The notes beneath the pieces are model-generated. The model saw only the letters and a list, made by a program, of their open reading frames with translations, ran no database searches and was not told where the DNA came from. The position numbers and the translations under genes were made by a program. Source: Eledone cirrhosa (Eukaryota). From it: a stretch of 64,000 nt of DNA. The stretch lies in NCBI GenBank assembly GCA_964016885.1, contig OZ024745.1, forward strand, positions 64,852,001 through 64,916,000, in the 5' to 3' direction. Within the stretch, counting starts at the first letter, position 1, and every line of letters starts with the position of its first letter. Of the stretch, positions 53,641 to 64,000 are shown in pieces.

Positions 53641-56600
53641 TATTTGGAGATCCATTTTGTATTTGGGTGATCCATTTTTTAATTGGGTGATCCATTTTTT
53701 ATTTGGGTGATCCATTTTTTATTTGGGGGATCCATTTTTTATTTGGGTGATCCATTTTTTATTTGGGTGGTCCATTTTTTATTTGGGTGATCCATTTTTT
53801 ATTTGGGGGATCCATTTTTTATTTGGGTGATTCATTTTTTATTTGGGGATCCATTTTTTATTTGGGTGATCCATTTTTTATTTGGGTGATCCATTTTTTA
53901 TTTGGGGGATACATTTTTTATTTGGGTGATCATTTTTTATTTGGGGGGTCCATTTTTTATTTGGGGGATCCATTTTTTATTTGGGTGATCAATTTTTTAA
54001 TTGGGGGATCCATTTTTTATTTGGGGGATCCATTTTTTAGTTGGGTGGTCCATTTTTTATTTGGGTGATCCATTTTTTATTTGGGGGATCCATTTTTTAT
54101 TTGGGTGATCCATTTTTTATTTGGGGATCCATTTTTTATTTGGGTGATCCATTTTTTATTTGGGTGATCCATTTTTTATTTGGGGGATCCATTTTTTATT
54201 TGGGTGATCCATTTTTTATTTGGGGATCCATTTTTTATTTGGGTGATCCATTTTTTATTTGGGTGATCCATTTTTTATTTGGGGGATCCATTTTTTATTT
54301 GGGTGATCCATTTTTTATTTGGGGGTGCATTTTTTATTTGGGGGATCCATTTTTATTTGGGTGATCCATTTTTTATTTGGGGGATCCATTTTTTATTTGG
54401 GTGATCCATTTTTTATTTGGGTTGATCCCTTTTTTATTTGGGGGATCCATTTTTTATTTGGGTGATCCATTTTTTATTTGGGGGATCCATTTTTTATTTG
54501 GGGGATCCATTTTTTATTTGGTTGATCCATTTTTTATTAGGGGGATCCATTTTTTATTTGGGTGATCCATTTTAATTTGGAGATCCATTCTTTGTTTAGG
54601 TGATCCATTTTATAATTGGGTGATCCATTTTTTATTTGGGGGATCCATTTTTTATTTGGGGGATCCATTATTTATTTGGGTGATCCATTTTTTATTTGGG
54701 TGATCCATTTTTTATTTGGGTGATCCATTTTTTATTTGGGTGATCCATTTTTTATTTGGGTGATCCATTTTTTATTTGGGGGATCCATTTTTTATTTGGG
54801 TGATCCATTCTTTATTTGGGTGATCCATTTTTTATTTGAGGGATCCATTTTATATTTGGGTGATCCATTTTTTATTTGGGTGATCCATTTTTTATTTGGG
54901 GGATCCATTTTTTATTTGGGGGATCCATTTTTTATTTGGGGGATCCATTTTTTATTTGGGGGATCCATTTTTTATTTCGGGGATCCATTTTTTATTTGGG
55001 TGATTCATTTTTTATTTGGGGGATCCATTTTTTATTTGGGTGATCCATTTTTTTTATTTGGGGGTCCATTTTATATTTGGGTGATCCATTTTTTATTTGG
55101 ATGATCCATTTTTTAATTGGGTGATCCATTTTTATTTGGGTGATCCATTTTTTACTTGGGGGATCCATTTTTTATTTGGGTGATCCATTTTTTATTTTGC
55201 TGATTCATTTTTTATTTGGGTGATCCATTTTTTATTTGGGGGATCCATTTTTTATTTGGGTGAACCATTTTTTATTTGGGAGATCCATTTTTTATTTGGG
55301 TGATCCATTTTTTATTTGGGTGATCCATTTTTTATTTGGGGGATCCATTTTTTATTTGGGTGATCCATTTTTTATTTGGGTGATCCATTTTTTATTTGGG
55401 TTGATCCCTTTTTTATTTGGGGGATCCATTTTTTATTTGGGTGATCCATTTTTTATTTCGGGGATCCATTTTTTATTTGGGGGATCCATTTTTTATTTGG
55501 TTGATCCATTTTTTATTAGGGGGATCCATTTTTTATTTGGGTGATCCATTTTAATTTGGAGATCCATTTTTTGTTTAGGTGATCCATTTTATAATTGGGT
55601 GATCCATTTTTTATTTGGGGGATCCATTTTTTATTTGGGGGATCCATTATTTATTTGGGTGATCCATTTTTTATTTGGGTGATCCATTTTTTATTTGGGT
55701 GATCCATTTTTTATTTGGGTGATCCATTTTTTATTTGGGTGATCCATTTTTTATTTGGGGGATCCATTTTTTATTTGGGTGATCCATTTTTTATTTGGGT
55801 GATCCATTTTTTATTTGAGGGATCCATTTTATATTTGGGTGATCCATTTTCTATTTGGGTGATCCATTTTTTATTTGGGGGATCCATTTTTTATTTGTGG
55901 GATCCATTTTTTATTTGGGGGATCCATTTTTTATTTCGGGGATCCATTTTTTATTTGGGTGATTCATTTTTTATTTGGGGGATCCATTTTTTATTTGGGT
56001 GATCCATATTTTTTATTTGGGGGTCCATTTTTTATTTGGGTGATCCATTTTTTATTTGGATGATCCATTTTTTAATTGGGTGATCCATTTTTATTTGGGT
56101 GATCCATTTTTTACTTGGGGGATCCATTTTTTATTTGGGTGATCCATTTTTTATTTTGCTGATTCATTTTTTATTTGGGTGATCCATTTTTTATTTGGGG
56201 GATCCATTTTTTATTTGGGTGAACCATTTTTTATTTGGGAGATCCATTTTTTATTTGGGTGATCCATTTTTTATTTGGGTGATCCATTTTTTATTTGGGG
56301 GATCCATTTTTTATTTGGGTGATCCATTTTTTATTTGGGTGATCCATTTTTTATTTGGGGATCCATTTTTTATTTGGGTGATCCATTTTTTATTTGGGTG
56401 ATCCATTTTTTATTTGAGGGATCCATTTTATATTTGGGTGATCCATTTTTTATTTGGGTGATCCATTTTTTATTTGGGGGATCCATTTTTTATTTGGGGG
56501 ATCCATTTTTTATTTGGGGGATCCATTTTTTATTTGGGGGATCCATTTTTTATTTCGGGGATCCATTTTTTATTTGGGTGATTCATTTTTTATTTGGGGG

Positions 56601-59600
56601 ATCCATTTTTTATTTGGGTGATCCATTTTTTTTATTTGGGGGTCCATTTTTTATTTGGGTGATCCATTTTTTATTTGGGTGATCCATTTTTTAATTGGGT
56701 GATCCATTTTTATTTGGGTGATCCATTTTTTACTTGGGGGATCCATTTTTTATTTGGGTGATCCATTTTTTATTTTGCTGATTCATTTTTTATTTGGGTG
56801 ATCCATTTTTTATTTGGGGGATCCATTTTTTATTTGGGTGAACCATTTTTTATTTGGGGGATCCATCTTTTATTTGGGTGATCCATTTTTTATTTGGGTG
56901 ATCCATTTTTTATTTGGGGGATCCATTTTTTATTTGGGTGATCCATTTTTTATTTGGGTGATCCATTTTTTATTTGGGGGATCCATTTTTTATTTGGGGG
57001 ATCCATTTTTTATTTGGGTGATCCATTTTTATTTGGAGATCCATTTTGTATTTGGGTGATCCATTTTTTAATTGGGTGATCCATTTTTTATTTGGGTGAT
57101 CCATTTTTTATTTGGGGGATCCATTTTTTATTTGGGTGATCCATTTTTTATTTGGGTGGTCCATTTTTTATTTGGGTGATCCATTTTTTATTTGGGGGAT
57201 CCATTTTTTATTTGGGTGATTCATTTTTTATTTGGGGATCCATTTTTTATTTGGGTGATCCATTTTTTATTTGGGTGATCCATTTTTTATTTGGGGGATA
57301 CATTTTTTATTTGGGTGATCCATTTTTTATTTGGGGGGTCCATTTTTTATTTGGGGGATCCATTTTTTATTTGGGTGATCAATTTTTTAATTGGGTGATC
57401 CATTTTTTATTTGGGGGATCCATTTTTTATTTGGGTGATCCATTTTTTAGTTGGGTGGTCCATTTTTTATTTGGGTGATCCATTTTTTATTTGGGGGATC
57501 CATTTTTTATTTGGGTGATCCATTTTTTATTTGGGGATCCATTTTTTATTTGGGTGATCCATTTTTTATTTGGGTGATCCATTTTTTATTTGGGGGATCC
57601 ATTTTTTATTTGGGTGATCCATTTTTTATTTGGGGATCCATTTTTTATTTGGGTGATCCATTTTTTATTTGGGTGATCCATTTTTTATTTGGGGGATCCA
57701 TTTTTTATTTGGGTGATCCATTTTTTATTTGGGGGTGCATTTTTTATTTGGGGGATCCATTTTTATTTGGGTGATCCATTTTTTATTTGGGGGATCCATT
57801 TTTTATTTGGGTGATCCATTTTTTATTTGGGTTGATCCCTTTTTTATTTGGGGGATCCATTTTTTATTTGGGTGATCCATTTTTTATTTGGGGGATCCAT
57901 TTTTTATTTGGGGGATCCATTTTTTATTTGGTTGATCCATTTTTTATTAGGGGGATCCATTTTTTATTTGGGTGATCCATTTTAATTTGGAGATCCATTT
58001 TTTGTTTAGGTGATCCATTTTATAATTGGGTGATCCATTTTTTATTTGGGGGATCCATTTTTTATTTGGGGGATCCATTATTTATTTGGGTGATCCATTT
58101 TTTATTTGGGTGATCCATTTTTTATTTGGGTGATCCATTTTTTATTTGGGTGATCCATTTTTTATTTGGGTGATCCATTTTTTATTTGGGGGATCCATTT
58201 TTTATTTGGGTGATCCATTCTTTATTTGGGTGATCCATTTTTTATTTGAGGGATCCATTTTATATTTGGGTGATCCATTTTTTATTTGGGTGATCCATTT
58301 TTTATTTGGGGGATCCATTTTTTATTTGGGGGATCCATTTTTTATTTGGGGGATCCATTTTTTATTTGGGGGATCCATTTTTTATTTCGGGGATCCATTT
58401 TTTATTTGGGTGATTCATTTTTTATTTGGGGGATCCATTTTTTATTTGGGTGATCCATTTTTTTTATTTGGGGGTCCATTTTATATTTGGGTGATCCATT
58501 TTTTATTTGGATGATCCATTTTTTAATTGGGTGATCCATTTTTATTTGGGTGATCCATTTTTTACTTGGGGGATCCATTTTTTATTTGGGTGATCCATTT
58601 TTTATTTTGCTGATTCATTTTTTATTTGGGTGATCCATTTTTGATTTGGGGGATCCATTTTTTATTTGGGTGAACCATTTTTTATTTGGGAGATCCATTT
58701 TTTATTTGGGTGATCCATTTTTTATTTGGGTGATCCATTTTTTATTTGGGGGATCCATTTTTTATTTGGGTGATCCATTTTTTATTTGGGTGATCCATTT
58801 TTTATTTGGGGGATCCATTTTTTATTTGGGGGATCCATTTTTTATTTGGGTGATCCATTTTTATTTGGAGATCCATTTTGTATTTGGGTGATCCATTTTT
58901 TAATAGGGTGATCCATTTTTTATTTGGGTGATCCATTTTTTATTTGGGGGATCCTTTTTTTATTTGGGTGATCCATTTTTTATTTGGGTGGTCCATTTTT
59001 TATTTGGGTGATCCATTTTTTATTTGGGGGATCCATTTTTTATTTGGGTGATCCATTTTTCATTTGGGGATCCATTTTTTATTTGGGTGATCCATTTTTT
59101 ATTTGGGTGATCCATTTTTTATTTGGGGGATACATTTTTTATTTGGGTGATCCATTTTTTATTTGGGGGGGTCCATTTTTTATTTGGGGGATCCATTTTT
59201 ATTTGGGTGATCCATTTTTTATTTGGGGGATCCATTTTTTATTTGGGTGATCCCTTTTTTATTTGGGGGATCCATTTTTTATTTGGGTGATCCATTTTTT
59301 ATTTGGGGGATCCATTTTTTATTTGGGGGATTCATTTTTTATTTGGGTGATCCATTTTTTATTAGGGGGATCCATTTTTTATTTGGGTGATCCATTTTTA
59401 TTTGGAGATCCATTTTTTATTTAGGTGATCCATTTTATAATTGGTTGATCCATTTTTTATTTGGGGGATCCATTTTTTATTTGGGGGATCCATTATTTAT
59501 TTGGGTGATCCATTTTTTATTTGGGTGATCCATTTTTTATTTGGGTGATCCATTTTTTATTTGGGTGATCCATTTTTTATTTGGGTGATCCATTTTTTAT

Positions 59601-61140
59601 TTGGGGGATCCATTTTTTATTTGGGTGATCCATTTTTTATTTGGGGGATCCATTTTTTATTTGGGTGATCCATTTTTTATTTGGGGGATCCATTTTTTAT
59701 TTCGGGGATTCATTTTTTATTTGGGTGATTCATTTTTTATTTGGGGGATCCATTTTTTATTTTGGGTGATCCATTTTTTATTAGGGGGATCCATTTTTTA
59801 TTTGGGTGATCCATTTTTATTTGTAGATCCATTTTTTATTTGGGTGATCCATTTTTTAATTGGATGATCCATTTTTTATTTGGGGGATCCATTTTTTATT
59901 TGGGGGATCCATTATTTATTTGGGTGATCCATTTTTTATTTGGGTGATCCATTTTTTATTCGGGGGATCCATTTTTTATTTGGGTGATCCATTTTTTATT
60001 TGGGTGATCCATTTTTTAATTGGGGATCCATTTTTTATTTAGTTGATCCATTTTTTAATTGGGTGATCCATTTTTTATTTGGGGGTCCATTTTATATTTG
60101 GGGGATCCATTTTTATTTGGGTGATCCATTTTTTATTTGGGTGATCCATTTTTTATTTGGGTGATCCATTTTTTATTTGGGTTGATCCCTTTTTTATTTG
60201 GGGGATCCATTTTTTATTTGGGTGATCCATTTTTTATTTGGGGGATCCATTTTTTATTTGGGGGATCCATTTTTTATTTGGTTGATCCATTTTTTATTAG
60301 GGGGATCCATTTTTTATTTGGGTGATCCATTTTAATTTGGAGATCCATTTTTTGTTTAGGTGATCCATTTTATAATTGGGTGATCCATTTTTTATTTGGG
60401 GGATCCATTTTTTATTTGGGGGATCCATTTTTTATTTGGGTGATCCATTTTTTATTTTGCTGATTCATTTTTTATTTGGGTGATCCATTTTTTATTTGGG
60501 GGTCCATTTTTTATTTGGGTGATCCATTTTTTATTTGGGTGATCCATTTTTTAATTAGGTGATCCATCTTTATTTGGGTGATCCATTTTTTACTTGGGGG
60601 ATCCATTTTTTATTTGGGTGATCCATTTTTTATTTTGATGATTCATTTTTTATTTGGGTGATCCATTTTTTATTTGGGGGATCCATTTTTTATTTGGATG
60701 AACCATTTTTTATTTGGGGGATCCATCTTTTATTTGGGTGATCCATTTTTTATTTGGGTGATCCATTTTTTATTTGGGGGATCCATTTTTTATTTGGGTG
60801 ATCCATTTTTTATTTGGGTGATCCATTTTTTATTTGGGGGATCCATTTTTTATTTGGGGGATCCATTTTTTATTTGGGTGATCCATTTTTATTTGGAGAT
60901 CCATTTTGTATTTGGGTGATCCATTTTTTAATTGGGTGATCCATTTTTTATTTGGGTGATCCATTTTTTATTTGGGGGATCCATTTTTTATTTGGGTGAT
61001 CCATTTTTTATTTGGGTGGTCCATTTTTTATTTGGGTGATCCATTTTTTATTTGGGGGATCCATTTTTTATTTGGGTGATCCATTTTTTATTTGGGGATC
61101 CATTTTTTATTTGGGTGATCCATTTTTTATTTGGGTGATC
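52925..61140 (+). repeat. Long-range direct copy (~8.2 kb) of ~10985-19180
   Basis: 15 ORF pairs offset 41939 (11486/53425 through 16207/58146), then 6 pairs offset 41959 (17025/58984 through 19053/61012), which indicates a single one-monomer indel. Confidence 0.92.
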
Positions 61141-64000
61141 CATTTTTTATTTGGGTTGATCCCTTTTTTATTTGGGGGATCCATTTTTTATTTGGGTGAT
61201 CCATTTTTTATTTGGGGGATCCATTTTTTATTTGGGGGATCCATTTTTTATTTGGTTGATCCATTTTTTATTAGGGGGATCCATTTTTTATTTGGGTGAT
61301 CCATTTTAATTTGGAGATCCATTTTTTGTTTAGGTGATCCATTTTATAATTGGGTGATCCATTTTTTATTTGGGGGATCCATTTTTTATTTGGGGGATCC
61401 ATTATTTATTTGGGTGATCCATTTTTTATTTGGGTGATCCATTTTTTATTTGGGTGATCCATTTTTTATTTGGGTGATCCATTTTTTATTTGGGTGATCC
61501 ATTTTTTATTTGGGGGATCCATTTTTTATTTGGGTGATCCATTCTTTATTTGGGTGATCCATTTTTTATTTGAGGGATCCATTTTATATTTGGGTGATCC
61601 ATTTTTTATTTGGGTGATCCATTTTTTATTTGGGGGATCCATTTTTTATTTGGGGGATCCATTTTTTATTTGGGGGATCCATTTTTTATTTGGGGGATCC
61701 ATTTTTTATTTCGGGGATCCATTTTTTATTTGGGTGATTCATTTTTTATTTGGGGGATCCATTTTTTATTTGGGTGATCCATTTTTTTTATTTGGGGGTC
61801 CATTTTATATTTGGGTGATCCATTTTTTATTTGGATGATCCATTTTTTAATTGGGTGATCCATTTTTATTTGGGTGATCCATTTTTTACTTGGGGGATCC
61901 ATTTTTTATTTGGGTGATCCATTTTTTATTTTGCTGATTCATTTTTTATTTGGGTGATCCATTTTTTATTTGGGGGATCCATTTTTTATTTGGGTGAACC
62001 ATTTTTTATTTGGGAGATCCATTTTTTATTTGGGTGATCCATTTTTTATTTGGGTGATCCATTTTTTATTTGGGGGATCCATTTTTTATTTGGGTGATCC
62101 ATTTTTTATTTGGGTGATCCATTTTTTATTTGGGGGATCCATTTTTTATTTGGGGGATCCATTTTTTATTTGGGTGATCCATTTTTATTTGGAGATCCAT
62201 TTTGTATTTGGGTGATCCATTTTTTAATAGGGTGATCCATTTTTTATTTGGGTGATCCATTTTTTATTTGGGGGATCCTTTTTTTATTTGGGTGATCCAT
62301 TTTTTATTTGGGTGGTCCATTTTTTATTTGGGTGATCCATTTTTTATTTGGGGGATCCATTTTTTATTTGGGTGATCCATTTTTCATTTGGGGATCCATT
62401 TTTTATTTGGGTGATCCATTTTTTATTTGGGTGATCCATTTTTTATTTGGGGGATACATTTTTTATTTGGGTGATCCATTTTTTATTTGGGGGGGTCCAT
62501 TTTTTATTTGGGGGATCCATTTTTATTTAGGTGATCCATTTTTTATTTGGGGGATCCATTTTTTATTTGGGTGATCCCTTTTTTATTTGGGGGATCCATT
62601 TTTTATTTGGGTGATCCATTTTTTATTTGGGGGATCCATTTTTTATTTGGGGGATTCATTTTTTATTTGGGTGATCCATTTTTTATTAGGGGGATCCATT
62701 TTTTATTTGGGTGATCCATTTTTATTTGGAGATCCATTTTTTATTTAGGTGATCCATTTTATAATTGGTTGATCCATTTTTTATTTGGGGGATCCATTTT
62801 TTATTTGGGGGATCCATTATTTATTTGGGTGATCCATTTTTTATTTGGGTGATCCATTTTTTATTTGGGTGATCCATTTTTTATTTGGGTGATCCATTTT
62901 TTATTTGGGTGATCCATTTTTTATTTGGGGGATCCATTTTTTATTTGGGTGAACCATTTTTTATTTGGGGGATCCATTTTTTATTTGGGTGATCCATTTT
63001 TTATTTGGGGGATCCATTTTTTATTTCGGGGATTCATTTTTTATTTGGGTGATTCATTTTTTATTTGGGGGATCCATTTTTTATTTTGGGTGATCCATTT
63101 TTTATTAGGGGGATCCATTTTTTATTTGGGTGATCCATTTTTATTTGTAGATCCATTTTTTATTTGGGTGATCCATTTTTTAATTGGATGATCCATTTTT
63201 TATTTGGGGGATCCATTTTTTATTTGGGGGATCCATTATTTATTTGGGTGATCCATTTTTTATTTGGGTGATCCATTTTTTATTCGGGGGATCCATTTTT
63301 TATTTGGGTGATCCATTTTTTATTTGGGTGATCCATTTTTTAATTGGGGATCCATTTTTTATTTAGTTGATCCATTTTTTAATTGGGTGATCCATTTTTT
63401 ATTTGGGGGTCCATTTTATATTTGGGGGATCCATTTTTATTTGGGTGATCCATTTTTTATTTGGGTGATCCATTTTTTATTTGGGTGATCCATTTTTTAT
63501 TTGGGTTGATCCCTTTTTTATTTGGGGGATCCATTTTTTATTTGGGTGATCCATTTTTTATTTGGGGGATCCATTTTTTATTTGGGGGATCCATTTTTTA
63601 TTTGGTTGATCCATTTTTTATTAGGGGGATCCATTTTTTATTTGGGTGATCCATTTTAATTTGGAGATCCATTTTTTGTTTAGGTGATCCATTTTATAAT
63701 TGGGTGATCCATTTTTTATTTGGGGGATCCATTTTTTATTTGGGGGATCCATTTTTTATTTGGGTGATCCATTTTTTATTTTGCTGATTCATTTTTTATT
63801 TGGGTGATCCATTTTTTATTTGGGGGTCCATTTTTTATTTGGGTGATCCATTTTTTATTTGGGTGATCCATTTTTTAATTAGGTGATCCATCTTTATTTG
63901 GGTGATCCATTTTTTACTTGGGGGATCCATTTTTTATTTGGGTGATCCATTTTTTATTTTGATGATTCATTTTTTATTTGGGTGATCCATTTTTTATTTG
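57800..64000 (+). repeat. Tandem duplication, unit 3324 bp, second copy truncated by the window end
   Basis: ORFs 58146/61470, 58646/61970, 58984/62308, 59601/62925, 59860/63184 and 60137/63461. Confidence 0.9.

Larger units (their letters stand above)
1..64000 (+). repeat. Satellite DNA array, 20-bp monomer GATCCATTTTTTATTTGGG(T/G), about 3,200 tandem copies, truncated by both window edges
   Basis: The monomer is directly readable on every line, in a single orientation with no unique interruptions. Variants are point substitutions and 1-2 bp indels giving mostly 18-21 bp monomers. Confidence 0.99.

Noticed and set aside
17-63649. The many + strand ORFs encoding Phe/Gly/Ile/Trp-rich 'membrane' peptides
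   Set aside because: They are direct translations of the 20-bp repeat with TTG starts, overlapping frames, frameshifts at indel monomers and no unique sequence or codon-position signal.
1-64000. CRISPR array
   Set aside because: Repeats abut directly with no unique spacers, and there is no leader or cas gene.
1-64000. Telomerase-synthesised telomeric tract (TTTGGG core, G/T-rich strand, 20-bp unit reminiscent of long yeast telomere repeats)
   Set aside because: Kilobase blocks of rare variants are copied exactly, which indicates recombination or replication-based amplification rather than templated addition. A remote telomeric origin or subtelomeric location cannot be excluded.
1-64000. Bacterial origin-like DUE/Dam GATC cluster or plasmid iterons (resemblance to GATCTnTTnTTTT 13-mers)
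   Set aside because: The similarity is superficial. Such elements span tens to hundreds of bp beside rep or dnaA genes, not 64 kb of gene-free repeat.
1-64000. Giant ORF under a TGA-recoded genetic code
   Set aside because: Recurrent TAA/TAG-creating variants (TTTAATT, TTAGG, TTAGTT) and frequent 18/19/21-bp monomers break frames, and nothing indicates coding constraint.
1-64000. Pure sequencing artefact or rolling-circle concatemer
   Set aside because: Hierarchical, shared-derived variants across distant copies imply an evolutionary history. Individual near-identical duplications still need read validation.
1-64000. Inversions, transposon insertions, terminators or promoters
   Set aside because: I saw no strand switch or non-satellite segment. 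The T-runs lack a preceding stable hairpin, and the only regular palindromes are GATC and GGATCC.

Overview
The whole 64,000-bp window is one uninterrupted, head-to-tail, single-orientation tandem array of a 20-bp monomer, consensus GATCCATTTTTTATTTGGG(T/G). There are about 3,200 copies at 30-35% GC, and the array runs off both window edges. I see no unique sequence, gene, RNA gene, transposon, inversion or CRISPR spacer. Every ORF in the track is a translation of the satellite. The structure lies in the variant pattern: (i) a binary T/G site often ordered T-T-G (60-bp sub-period), (ii) an ordered series of rare landmark monomers defining an old ~1.5-1.8 kb higher-order unit, and (iii) many young, near-identical tandem duplications (offsets 298, 620, 1293, 1395, 1696, 1912, 3324, 3470, 4212 and 5764 bp) plus long-range copies (offsets 12864, 17076, 25419, 30864 and 41939 bp). 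Offsets were derived from matching ORF coordinates and spot-checked against variant monomers; block boundaries are approximate (about +/-50 bp). This is best read as eukaryotic satellite DNA (centromeric, pericentromeric or subtelomeric; inference). I cannot name the organism or family, and I find no support for a novel protein-coding system.
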